64,000 nucleotides of DNA from Trichosphaerium sp. ATCC 40318 (GCA_038496445.1 JALMLS010000342.1:248001-312000); one strand, 5' to 3'. Positions 13,975 through 27,094 are shown, counted from the first letter of the stretch. Made by a program: numbers and translations. Notes: a model not told the origin generated them from the sequence alone.

Positions 13975-15891
13975 TCACGTTGTAATGCCGACTGGTACAT
14001 TTCCAAATGCTTTGTTTTGTTTTAAACCACAGTTAATCTGTGCAACCATTGCCTGTCGTATACTGTCGTATACAATAGTAGGCAACTCCATCTTTTTAGT
14101 AGCAGCAGCAGCCTGATATCTTCGTTAGAAATGAAATTTATTAATGTTATATCTGAACTCACGTTAACGCTTTCAAGTCTCTTTCTAAATTCTTCCAACT
14201 CTCGCTCTAGCTCGTACATATCTTCATTATCAAAATCTGTATCCGGATACGTGTCATCCGACAAGTCCTGCCGTAAAGTAAGCACTGAAAAACTAAAAGA
14301 GTGAAAACACAGTACCAGTGATTTAGATAAATCTCTATTAGAAGAACAATTAGATGTTTCATCCGATTCATCATCTAATGATTGTAAGTAAAACATTGAT
14401 TTGTCAATACCACGTGCGCATGCTGTTTGTTCTACTATGTCCTTTTGTAACGACTGGAGAATCAGAACCTTGCTTTTTCTTATGTGGTTCTTTCTTCTTC
14501 CTCTTTTTCGGTTTCCTTTTCTTCTTTCCCTGATTTTTACCCTTACGCTAACAAAAAACAGTCATGAAATTATAATATATAGTGGATAGTACATCATCAT
14601 CGCCTTCAATAAAAGCCATAAGATCGGATATAGGCCGGGGATCTTCCACTCAGCGTTAGTAATTAAAATTAGGTAAAGTAGTACCTTTTGGAACTGACTT
14701 CTGCATGGTTTTATTTCGCTTTCGTCGGTTAGGGTCACACAACTTTGAACGTAGTTTATCACGTGTGGTTGGAGGTGGAGCTTCATTTCGTTAGCAATAA
14801 TCGGAATAATATGGGAGTTAGAGAATTTTTCGTCAGGGAGCAGCCACTTCGTGGCCACAATGAAAGTTGTAAGGTAATTGTTTATAATGTTTCACAAGCT
14901 GTGTGTACGCACCATCATCTTCTGGAGTGAAGTCATATAGTATATTAAATGTCCTTCGAATTTCAGCTGGACTTTTACCTGATGAGTTAGTTAGTGGAGA
15001 CCTCGTCCATATACGAGCGAAACAAACCTTTTAATAACTGCGCAATAGCCTGGCATGTGAGGTCTACTAAAGGTTTTATTTTTAAATGATAAGCTACCTA
15101 CAAGGGAGTGAGGAACAATGAAAAGCACCGTATACAAACTGGTAGAAGGAGGTTATACTAAACGTACGGATGCTAGTTCACAAAGGAGGCCTGGGTCCAA
15201 ATCGCGTAGTTTATCATCCCAGTCCGTAAAAGCATTTTTTTCTTCGACTTCACCTTCAGGTTGAGGGTCAACTTCACGTTGTCGTATGCGACAGTAGTCC
15301 AACACCTTGAAAAAAAAAAATATGCCGTTAGGTAACGGAAGAAATATGAATTACACGAGCTAAAAAAAATATATACCTGAGAAAGAGCTCTACCAGTGAT
15401 GTTTTCTAGCTGAAATACGACTGGTTTTCCATCCTTTTGTTGTTCTACTAAAAGTGTAAATTTCAGCGATTGTGGCACATCAATTAGCGTATTTAGAGCA
15501 GTTACGCAATGTACACCGTAAAAACAGTGTTTATACGAATGAATAAAAAAAAACCGGTGTTATTTGGCGTTTTTGTACGAAGACACAAAGTTACAATGCT
15601 GAAAACAAACTACAAAAACCCACGATGTAGTATATAATGTTAATGGAAGGTTAAAAAGAGCGTACCTAGCTTTGTTCGGATCGTTTGAGACATTCTTAAC
15701 AATACGTTTTTATTCACGTCTATGACCATACCATCTGAGCACTCAAATGTAATGGTATCCCCTTGGTGCAATGTGACGGTGCAATGTTTTTTAAGAACGG
15801 CTACATCAACGTCCGCGTTTTCACCTTGTATGGCCGTTGTATCTTCATCTGAAGCTTCAGATGACGAGTTTAGCTTTGTATCGGCTTGCAT
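13975..15891 (-). CDS. SKP1-like protein with extended C-terminus (resembles plant ASK20/21 type)
   Basis: ITFECSDGMVIDV, LENITGRALSQVLDYC, LCELAS.AYHLKIKPLVDLTCQAIA..LKGKSPAEIRRTFNI. Then a basic patch and an acidic ELERELEEFRKRL tail. Confidence 0.85.
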
Positions 15892-16498
15892 TTGTGGCCA
15901 ATAGAATATCTTATCAATTTTGCTTGTAGTCTAGTGGTTCACGCTAGTTAGCAGCCGATCGAGTGTGCAAAGTAGTGGTTTGACCAATGAATACCAAACC
16001 AAGGGTGGCTGTTCCAAAAGGTTATGAAAAAAATTGAGATGCATCACAGCTCATGAGCAAGCGAGAAACCAATCAAACAGTACTTTATTTCTGTTGTTTA
16101 TTGCCTATGTGGAATTCGTCGATTTGCTTATTCTATCACGTTTTTTGTAACAAAACTAGCTACAACACCCTAATATACTAATTGTAGGAAAGACAACAGC
16201 ATATCGATCAAAATATTAAAGTTACATAACAAATCCCAATGCAAAACCAACTAGATTGTATTGAGGCATGTGGAGGAGACATTTTTTCGGATATTTCTGT
16301 ACAGCAATCCGGAAAGTTTTTTCTATGGATTGAAACGCTGCCAAAAGTGCAACTAAGAAGTCTGGAATAGAGTCTTTTATCTTAATTTGTTCTTCGCTCA
16401 AATATGTGAAATAGCAAAATAGTCAAAGTAATTAGTAGCTTTTAGTATAACCAACCTCAACGTGATTGATTGGCAAACAGCATAAACACAAATTTACA

Positions 16499-18216
16499 AT
16501 GACATACCGCATCGCAATATTGCTTTCTATTTGTATGGTCGCGAGCGTCGCAAATATCCTAATAGTTACGAACGGTACACCAAATCACCATTAGCCACAG
16601 TCTGATAGTGTCCAAATTTCTAAGTATCCGCGCGTAGGAACCTCAACGGAGTATGTTGCCACTCCGTACTTTTTCGGACGAAACTCAAGAGCTGTATTTG
16701 AGCCAGTAAACGCCACTATAATAACACCCACAAAGGACAATAATATTTCTGGTATTTTTTGTTCAATTTCGAAATTGATTTATAACACACTTTAGGCAAA
16801 GTTGTATTTGCAACATATCCTCATGATAGACGCATGTATAGGGAATGGTTCAATCGCGGAGCTGTTGGGATTATTGAATACTTTGAATCAATAAGCGATG
16901 TGGGCGTTGGGAAAGGCAATTACATCAAATTGTATGGAGGTAAGTACAGTTCCAAAGATAAAATAATATCACGTTATTAAACGAATTATTTTAGACACAC
17001 TTGATAACCTTGGAGTACCTATATTAGCTCAAAAACATCTATCCTCAATCGAGGATGGATCGCACGTTACGTTGATGTTCTCTGAAAACGTGTGGTACAA
17101 TACCTTTATGAGCCCATGGGTTATAGGTTCGTTCCGGCCACCGTACCAAAACAATTGTTATTAACGAGCTGGCAGCGGTGCATGTATTCCTGATTGTCCT
17201 CACATGTGCTTCTTTTTCTGTTTCCATCATCAGGTACCTACAATTATGGAAAACTCCGTAACCTTTTTTAGGATGACACAGTTTGTAGCAATAGATGGCT
17301 TCCGTTTATCAATTCCGAAAGTAGGGCTATTTATTGAATTAGTAGCCAATAGCTTTCGTTTGGCTTGGTGTATCCCTGACCCACACGGATACTTGTTCAT
17401 CGTTCCTGGATGGTACAATAGGCTGTAAAAAACACTATAACTTAAAAAGCTTAGGTATGACGAGGTCTTCAAAGTGTATTATACTCTTTTTTCCAACATA
17501 TCGAACTTATTGATAGTTTTGTATTGGCACGAATCAATGACAAGCCTCAGTCTAGAAGTTACACCTTACCTTAAAAAAATGGCTATACCTTTTTACATCG
17601 CGGCTGGCGCAATTGTATTCGCAGAAACTTTGTTGTCAATAGTGCGAATTGCCTTATTCCCAGGTACTAAACCAATGACTAATATCTTCAAAGCGAAAAC
17701 TAACTAATTCAGAATATGATCTCACATACACATTTTATGCAACTGCAGTATTTCATACGATTGCAAATGTGTCAATAATAGTGTACCTGTCAATTATCTC
17801 CTACAGGCTATTGAAGCGCCTCCGCCACCAATCGTCACGTAATAACGGGTCTAATGGTATGATAACACGACTACTGATTCGTGTATCCACCAGCCTATTC
17901 ATTATGATTGGCCTCGTAATTCAAGCAGCATGCTGGATTTTGTTCCCAAGTGTACGCTCGGAGCCAGGTGCGCTTATCTCAAACTAAGTTGTATACTAAC
18001 TTTAACATTAAAGTTCCTAAACTAGTCTATTGGTCTATGGCAGTTGTAAACTTTAATGCCTTGTCTGTTATACAGGCGCTAAGCTTTATACCTTCCAGGC
18101 TTCGTAGAAAGACGACAAGCGCCAGAAGGAGCGATCTCAGTTCAACCAGAGAAAACGGGCTACGCGTTGCCAGTATTACTAGCAACGCGCCAAACACTGC
18201 TAGTGTTACTAGCTAA
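16499..18216 (+). CDS. Signal peptide + PA-like domain + multi-pass membrane protein (paralog of 5672..7514)
   Basis: MTYRIAILLSICMVAS; GKVVF...GAVGII PA-like segment. TM exons contain PDPHG and VLYWHE shared with the other paralog; Ser/Thr/Arg-rich tail. Confidence 0.6.
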
Positions 18217-18510
18217 ATATCACGTGATTTGTAGATTAAAATGACAAATAGTACTTTTAGGGCAATACAACCACATTCAGTTTTTGCTGTTTTTTTTTAT
18301 TTGAAATTTTGCAATCGGTGTAACTCGAATTGCACACCCTCACGATCGCTTGTTCTCTCGCAGTGCCGTCCAACTATAACTTTGAGTAGTTTTTACCCAT
18401 TGTTTGCAATTTGTCATTTTCTTGATTTTACTCCCACATTTTCCTGGTGTGAATAATGTCCTTGACCCCTTTCCTACTTCTTTGTACAAGCCATTAGCAT
18501 ATTTTGAGCC

Positions 18511-19623
18511 ATGGAGAAGTACAGACGCGTAGAAAAAGAGAAACAGCATGAGGAGATACAACCGAACGAAATCAGAATAACAACTGGTGGTAAGATGAGG
18601 AACTACATCAGCTATGCCACAAACCTCCTTCAAGTACAAATTAATTGTTATTGCTACTTTACCCAATACTGCTTTTTGCATGTTTTTTCCTATCAGTAGA
18701 TTATCAATACGCATTTCTCAGCGCGAAATTAGGAAAAAGAGCACAAAGATATTACACTGAAAGCTATGGGTCGCGCTATTTACAAAACGGTATGTCTTGT
18801 ACAACAACGCGTTCTACATGGATTATTAACTTTTTTTTTTTTTTTGTTAGGTTACAATCGCCGAAATCATCAAAAGGCGCATAGCGGGTACAAAATACAT
18901 TCGTACTCTGTAAGCCAGCTCTAACCAAATTACCCCACAGGCTTGCACCAAAATACTGTCATTGAATCTACTGACATTACAGACGAGTGGATGCCACTAG
19001 AGGAAGGCTTGGACCCAATCAAAACAACGAGGAATGTATCATCCATCCAAATTACTCTCTCATTGGAACAATTGGACACCACTACCCCAGGTTACCAAGA
19101 ACCTATCCCAGAGGACCAAGTAAAGCCTCAGCAACAATACCACGGAAGATCGCGTTATAAGGGAGATCGCAACGACAACCGTGACAACAGAGGAAATCGA
19201 GGACGCAACAATCGTGGAGACGATCGTGATGATGACCGCGATGATCGCGACGATGACAACAACAACCGCGGATATCGTGGCAATCGCAGAGGAGGTTACA
19301 AAGGTCACGGCAACAGAGGTGGCAAGGGTTACAACAGAAACTATCGTGGAGGATACCAAGGAAACAGACGTAACTACGACAACTATGACCAGGATGACTA
19401 CGACAATCGCGACAACCGTGACAACCGCGACAACCGCGATAACCGCGATAACCGCGACTATCAAAATGACGATAACGACGATCAAGACCAAGGTGGATAC
19501 CGTGGATACCGTAACAGGCGTGGAAGAGGCCGAGGAAGAGGTAGAGGAAGAAGGAATAGAGGTAGAGGCCGCGGCGGTCGCCAAAACTCCAACCCTCCCC
19601 GAATGAGAGACGATAACGAATAA
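18511..19623 (+). CDS. Alba-family (Rpp25/Mdp2-type) nucleic-acid-binding protein with RG/RGG tail
   Basis: NEIRIT..GKMRNYISYA, ITLKAMGRAI.KTVTIAEIIKRRI.GLHQ, DEW.PLEEGL and VSSIQITLS. C-terminal RGG and DNR repeats. Confidence 0.93.
19402..19458 (+). repeat. Coding 9-bp tandem repeat (GAYAAYCGY, Asp-Asn-Arg x6)
   Basis: gacaatcgc gacaaccgt gacaaccgc gacaaccgc gataaccgc gataaccgc. Confidence 0.9.
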
Positions 19624-19728
19624 TTGACAAAAACAAATAAAAAACCCACAGTTGTTTGGTTAGTTTCGAAATTTTTTATTCATCGACCAAGATTTAATTT
19701 ACACGAGTTGAGTGCGGTGGTTACGTTG

Positions 19729-20921
19729 CTATTTTTTGTCCTTGTCCTTCTTCTGATTTTTCTACAGAGGAGAAATATTTAATTTTTTGTTGTTACAAAG
19801 TAACCAATAAATCGCAACGCGTACCTTGCCACCCTTTCCCTTAGCCACGTTGTCGTTATGTCTCTTGTCCAAGGATCCATTGCTCTTGGCCTAAATACAA
19901 AATCTGTGAACAAACCGCAGCCAAAAAGAAAAAAAAAACGTACATCACGATAAAGTGCCGCGTATTCGTCCGTTCCGAAGTAGTCTATCAATGCTGATTG
20001 TCCGCGTTTGGCCTCCGTGTCAATTCCCTTGTGAATTTCTTTATTCGCAGACAGCTGTACTTTGTTAAGAGCAGGACACTTGCCAAGATCTGGCGGAAGC
20101 AAGTATATGTCATTAAAGCGCAGATCGAGCTCCTAAACCCCTGTGTTAAATAGCAACCTCAAAAAATAAAATGTCTACCCTCAAGGATGTGCACTTGCCA
20201 AGATCTTCAGGCAGGATATCGATTTTATTGTTTTCTAAGACAAGCTATACAAAAATTGTGAGTGTTTTGCTTGCACGTGGGGTTTTTTTTTTTTTTGATT
20301 GAAATAAGTTAGGCACCTTTTGGAGGCACAAGCAGCGCCCAATATCAGGAGGTAGAGTTGTAAGCTTATTCCAAGAGCAATAAAAATCTCTGAGGGTTGA
20401 AAGAAGACCAATTTGAGGCGTAATTTCTTCCAAGTCGTTGTAACTCAAGTCCAAAGTTGTTAGTTTGTTGTAAGCACCAAACCCTATTTTTTTTTTTAAC
20501 GTTAGCATACCCTGCACAAGCAATGAAGCGTATACGTACCTCTTGGTAACGTCTTCAATTTATTACAACTCAAAATCATACGTTCCAGCTCCAGGAGCGT
20601 GGTAATTTCGCCAGGCAATACAGTCAAGCGGTTTGAGCAGAGGTTCAACTCTTTTAACTTGCGCAATTGTCCAATTTCCGGTGGCAAGTTGGAAATGCTA
20701 TTGTAACTTGCATTTAGGTACTCGAGGGCAGTAAGCTTGTTTATGTTGTGGGGAATATTGCCAAGGTTCTTGCTTTTTACGTCCAATCGTACAGTTTGTG
20801 GGATCCTACCCTTTTTTTCGAGGCTGGGTGAAGTATAAACAAAATGGCGACAGTTGAACGTTTTTTTATTTCTTTGCAAAATAGTGTACCTGTCTATGTC
20901 CTTAGCTAAATTTGCGCCCAT
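19729..20921 (-). CDS. Small leucine-rich-repeat protein, RSU1 (Ras suppressor 1)-like
   Basis: About 8 LRRs. LKTLPRGFGAYNKLTTLDLSYNDL and GQSALIDYFGTDEYAALY resemble RSU1 segments. Basic C-tail; Gly2 N-terminus. Confidence 0.75.
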
Positions 20922-21091
20922 GGTTTTTTAGCTGTTGAATTTAAAAGTCTCCACGCCCAAAAAACGCTGTTGGGGTAGTTATTTTCAATTTTAATTCTAC
21001 TGTTTTTGACTTATGCGACTCCGTTGAAAAAATTCTCTTGATTTTCTCCCTGTACCCTGAACGTATAAGCTTCAAAAATCAATAACGCAAC

Positions 21092-24000
21092 ATGGCAGAA
21101 ACTAGTCGCTTATGGCTCGCAGGAGGAGAAGACAGTGACTCAGATGAAGATGATTTCGCCTATGGAAGTTCTACAGACGAAGGTGGCCTCTCTGATGACA
21201 GCGAAGAGAGTGACGATAACAATCAAACTTCTTCTTTTTTCGACGCTGGGTCGTCAGAAGAGGAAGACGATAAACGTTTCGTTAAATCTGAGCGAGCGAA
21301 GCAATTTGAAAGAACACAAGGTAAATTTGTTTACAAACGTTCTAAAATACTGTGAATGTAGTACTTACATGTTACAGAGTTTACTACAAGGATAACAGAT
21401 GCAGCTGACAAGAACGAATGGATTGATGTTAGCACTGGTACACCGTTTTTGTTATTTTCACGCTATTCAAAATAGAAAACTTATGGCGCTTGCTGCGTTT
21501 TTTTTTTGAATAAAACTCCTTATTGTGTCGTTCTTACGCGTAGAAATTTGCTCCTATCGCTCCTTTAGCTTCCTTTTTGTTTCTAATACATGCTAGAATG
21601 GACACCTTTCTTGAGACAATACAAAATTACAACCAAGCTACAACTATTCGACAAATATGGTTATCCTAGATTCTTAGTGCGGTGTTTGGTCAAGTTAGCT
21701 GAAACCGTACGCAAATTGGGTAAAAACATGAAGGCTATCCAAAAAGTCATAAAAGGTACTGTAGCCACTTGTTACGCGCCGTGGTGCTTACTTGTTTCGC
21801 TAAATTAAGATGGTAATCAACGTAAATCGTACATTCGCTTCCAATCCCAGTTCACGAAGTGGATTAACAGCCAATCTGAGCTCAAAGAAAAGGTTGACAA
21901 CTTTGAAGAAGGTCCTGATGATGAGGAATATGATGACGAAGCAGATGGCGATGGCGAAGGCAAACGTAAGAGCTACTTGGCTTTTCCATATTTCTGCTCC
22001 TAGTCGCTCACTCAACTGTGTAGAGGATCTTAAATTAGAAACTGGCGGCGATGATGAAGATGGTGAAGACGAAGAAGATGAGGCTAAAGAAGAGACTTGG
22101 ACAAAAGAAATCATTGAAGAAAAAATTGATTATTTGTTGAAACAAAGAGGTAAAAAAGTACGTTGTTGTGTATCATATCTCTATAAGGGTTTTTTTTATT
22201 TATACCAACATTAGTACGACAGAATCAAGAGAATTGCTCGATGGGAAAAAATGCTTGTGCTAGCCGAGAACAAGGTATTTACTTACCACACGCGTAAAAA
22301 TTAATCTAATTTTCGCTAGAAATTTGTTCCTGGACGCCTCCTTGAAGTTAAATTCTACTTAATTAACGCTATTTTGGACGTTAACCCAACTGTACTGTTA
22401 CCTATGGCAACTGACCACTGGAAAAAGTGCGTTTGAATGTACGAAGTTAGACTAAACTTGTTGCGTAGGTGCTTTGTAGTGCTCACTGATATCCTCGAGC
22501 AAGTTATTGAAAATGATAAATTGGTTGCTATTAACGTAATCAATCCTGATGTAGTCGCTTCTCTTACCGAACAAGATGACACTAAGTATTACGTTCAAGG
22601 AAATTTATCCCAGAAACTAAGACGACTTGGTGATGAGGTAAAGTGCACTTATCTTTTTTGTCTCTTTGATGCAGGCGCTTACAACTTTCATTAGTTGTTC
22701 AGAAGCCTTCGTAGTCTTGATGTGCACAAAGGCGAATACGTCGATAGGTTGAAGGACGAAGTGCCATTCTACCTTCTATTGACACGAGCTCAAAATTACT
22801 TTCAAGAAATGGGTAAATTCAAACTCGTTGCTGGTTTCGCCAGCGGACGTGCTGAATTGCTCTACTACCGCAAGAGTATGCCACAACCTTCTGTAACATA
22901 CAGAGTACCAAAAGATGTTTCCGTACCAGAAGACGCTCTTGAAGAACTCAAACTTTGCGCCTCAACTGTATACAAGCACGGCGCTGACTCCTTGAAGAGA
23001 ATGGTAGTTATACAGCAAGTCTACGCACTAGCTATTCGGGATTTGTATTTCGAAGCTAGAGATTTGATGTTAATGACCCACCTTCAAGATACAATCGACA
23101 AAGCTGAACCTGTTGCCATGATTTTGTTTAATCGTGCCATTGCTCAACTCGGGCTTGGCGCTTTCAGACTTGGTCGTATCTACGAAGCACAGCAATGTTT
23201 GGCCGATCTTGTTGGAAGCAACAAAATCCGTGAGATGTTAGCTCAAGGTGTAAGCCGTTACGCTCAAGATAAAACCCAAGAGCAAGAAAAACAAGAAAGG
23301 AAAAGACAGATGCCTCACCACCTTCACATATCTACAGAACTTATTGAAGCTTCGTACCTTATCTCAGCTATGCTTTTAGAGATTCCAAACATGGCTAGAC
23401 GCGACACAAGACCAAAGGTATGCAGCGCCCTTTTGTTTTTGTTTTCTCCTTTCCTTCATTGCTTTCGTGTCGTAACAGTAATCTTTAGTTGCACAGCAAA
23501 TCGTTTAGAAAGACTATGGATTTCCACAACCGTCAAGTATTCCGTGGGCCGCCAGAGAGCTCAAAAGAAGCTATTGTTGCCGCTGCCCAAGCAATGCAAG
23601 TTGGCGATTGGCAAACAGCGCAAAATCATGTTATCGGCTTGAGTGTTTGGCGTTATGTACCATCCTTTGAAGAGAAGATTGCACCTCTTCTTAAACAGTA
23701 CGCTTGTTTTTCTTTCTTGCATTTTCATTTTCTGACGATGTGTTTTAGGCAAATCCGAGAGCAAACACTAAAAACGTACTTGTTCTCATACGGCAAATTC
23801 TATGAAGCTTTGAGTTTGGACCGTTTGATGGATATTTTCCAATTGACAAAGTACGTTATAAATTTTTTGTTTGCGATTGTGACTAACATGGTTTTTTTTC
23901 TACAGGAGTCAAATACACAGTGTAGTCAGTAAGATGATGATCTCTGATGAATTGCCAGCTTCTTGGGATCAACCAACTGGAACTATCATCTTTAACCGTG

Positions 24001-24343
24001 TTGAGCCAACGAAGTTGCAACAAATTACATTACAACTCGCTGACAAGGTAATCTTATTGATTTCCGTTTTAAATAATCTACTAAAACTGTGTTTCTAGGC
24101 AACTCAAGTTATTGACAACACTGATCCTGACTCCAAGTCATATGCTCACAGAGACAACAGGTGGCAAGATTCCCGATTCCGTTATGGTACCGCGAGGATT
24201 TGAATGAGTTGACAACATTATCTAACACTTTTTTTAGCAAACAGAAGAAATGATCGTGGTCAAAAGTACGGCCATGACAGAAACCGCAGGTAGATAATAT
24301 CAGCACTTTGTTTATTGATTACTTACGCACATATAGGAAGTGA
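21092..24343 (+). CDS. EIF3C: Translation initiation factor eIF3 subunit C
   Basis: Acidic N-terminus with KRFVKS; RGKK; YFEARDLMLMTHLQ; ILFNRAIAQLGL.AF; RQMPHHLHISTELIE; F.GPPES; PCI-domain VSKMMI..EL.ASWDQ. Confidence 0.96.
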
Positions 24344-24618
24344 AACAAATAAGGTAGTCAAGTGGCGAATTTTGGAGTTCCCTTTTTGTAATAAAATAAA
24401 TACGCTAACCTTACCCAAACCTGGTTTTTCTTTATTTTTTATTGGTGGGGAGGCGGCTGGTATCACATTTCTTGCTGTTGCGACCTGTGTTGAATTTTTT
24501 TTCTGATTGTTTATTAAATTCAACCCATAATCCATAAGGGTACTGTCAGTGCCCTCAAATGCGCTAAGCCATAGTGTAATTAATGACTACAGCTTGTTAT
24601 GATTTGTTCTTGCACGTT

Positions 24619-26631
24619 ATGGCGTGTTTGCGCCCAGGAGCCTCGTGGCGTTCATTCAAGCTGTAAGAAGCGTATGATAGTGAATAATTTGTACTAATCC
24701 AAACTTAAAGCTGTTACCAAGCGAAACCTCTTCGCTGATGGCGCCAGTGTCGCTCATAGCTTCTGGAACGAAATGTCAAACCGACGAGCATTCTTTAATT
24801 CCATTAGAAAGCAGTTAAACGTTGTACACGACGAAGATTGGTACAATGTTACAATTCGAGAGATTGGGCTGTACGTACCAAGTCAACATTGTATCTTTTC
24901 GTTAATATGGGTTTAGCTTGGAGGATTTGGTCTTCTTAGGCGGTATTGTAGTAGTTGCTTGTAATTCATTATGACAATACCAGGTATAAGGGATCACTAT
25001 GCAACACTCTTAGAGAGACTTTCCCTGAACGTGTTTGGATTGAGTATAGGTTCAAGTACGTTGTTGATAACATCAACACGTGATAGTATCAGTTATTCTC
25101 ATTTCATATAAAGGAGCAAGAGGCGCAAAGATATTACAGCAAACTCACGGAAGAGATTTGATCAGGTGTGCTTAGTTGTCTTGTTAAATCGAACTCTAAC
25201 ATAGTTCAGATTGCAGCACGTATGGGTATTAAAACAAGAGATGATTGGGATAAAGTTACAGCAGATGATGTAAAACGTGAAGGAGGAAACAGTACTTTGA
25301 ACAAGTATGTATTAACATGTTCTTACATACGTGCTGATGCAACCAAGATATAGCAAATCTGTTAGTCATGCCGTAAACTGTCTCTATGGTGGCGAGAGAT
25401 CATTGTAAGTGCAACACTTTAAACAGCATGGTGCAGCATTTATAACTTAAAAAGGTATGGGCGCAAGCCTATTGGTTTTTGGCGTAACAAGTCAAATCAA
25501 CGCGAACACTTTGAAGAGATAGCAATGAGTTTAGATGTTAAAACTATAGATGATTGGCGTAACCTAAAATATCGGGATCTCATCCCGTTTGGAGCTAGAA
25601 CAATACTATGGCTGTATGAAACTCACTTTTTTTTTTGTTCTAAGGGATGTTGTCTTTTAGGTACAATGATTCTATGAGAAAAGCATTGAATGTGATATAT
25701 CCAGAATGGGAATGGAAGCTTAACAAAAAGCCAAGGTTGAAACATTCAAACGAAAGAAAAACTAACCTTGCCTTAGGCACAGGAGTGGTCATTGGCAAGA
25801 TATTAGTAACATCACTTCTTACTTGCGAAGAGTAGCTTCTGATAATGATATCACTGAACCTAGTGGTTGGTATCGTATATCTAAAGAGCAGCTTGCTGCT
25901 AGAGGAGGTGCTGGTGTTCAAACATATTATCCACGGATTCTACAAACAATGTATCCAAATGTAAAGTTCACTTGGGAGAAGTTTGGATTCAAAGTTCAAA
26001 CAAAAAAAGCCAAGCAATGTGTTTTGCTCATGCAAGTTCAACATTTATTACCAAATACGGCTGTGTTAGAGGAACAACAGATTGGTACAAGGGACAATGG
26101 TAGTGTCTTGACTATAGATGTATTCGTTCCCAAGTATAAAATGGCTTTGGAGTATCAAGGTAAACGCACCATGCTTGCAATTTGCTTACTCTTTTTATAG
26201 GAGAACATCACTACAACAATCCTGTTGTATTTAGTGTACCCTCAACTGTCTTTTCTTCCTTGGATGATGAGAAAGTGCGACTTTGTACAAAGATGGGTTC
26301 GTCTCTTAATAAACTTATGTTGTTGTTAAATATGCACTTTAGGGCTGTCGTTGATTCCTATTCCTTATTGGTGGTACGTTTCTAAGTGACTATTGTGTGG
26401 ACTATTCTTACTTCATATTGTAGGAACGGAGACTTGCCTTCGCTAGCTAGTACAATTATGTACTATTGTCCTAGTATGAGTTTTGATATAGCCAATGGCG
26501 TTGCCCCACTCATTAATTCGCCGTTGGCACTTGAAGACGGTGCTGGTGCGTTGGTGATTTATGATTGTTGATACTGAAAAACCTACGTAGGCAAAGTAAT
26601 GAATTGTGATGCTGTTCAGTTTTCAACATAG
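24619..26631 (+). CDS. Trp-rich ~68-aa repeat protein (4 repeats) + C-terminal PD-(D/E)xK-like nuclease domain, paralog 1
   Basis: Repeats of the form FW...NQR..F..I...L.V....DW..V.......GG...L..Y..S....L...YP...W. C-terminus VLEEQ...LTIDVFVPKYKMALEYQGEHHY...DDEK...GLSLIPIPYWW. Confidence 0.85.
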
Positions 26632-27094
26632 AACAAGAATGAAGGAAATCGCGTTTAGTCTACTCGTGCTGCACGTCAGATTGAGTGACAATCACATGTG
26701 TATTGTTCACATGCAAAGTAAATTATTCAAACAAAGCCTAACTAAGGGCTACACAGGCGCAATCTAAGAAGTATGAACAGTTGTTACATTAATTTGTAGC
26801 ACAAAAAATGTGAAACTATTGTAAGATATGTACAAACAAATGTCGAATCTTTATAACTGGTGTTTATTCCTTATTTATTTTAAATTCAAGTGATTTGATG
26901 AAGTACTTAAAAGTAGTTGCGTCAATGCAGTATCTTGCGCGAGGGCGTGTTTCCTATGACCTTGGCACTAGAGAGCATAGACGTTCATTTTGAATAACTC
27001 TGTGGGAGGTCATGGCTGTAATCTACGTGGAGAGTGCCAGTATGCCGTATCACACCATGGTTATGATATCCGAGCACGGCGAGGTTTTAGTAAC

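Noticed and set aside
19060-19636. Several overlapping ORFs of 141-177 aa
   Set aside because: Alternative frames of the low-complexity Alba tail.
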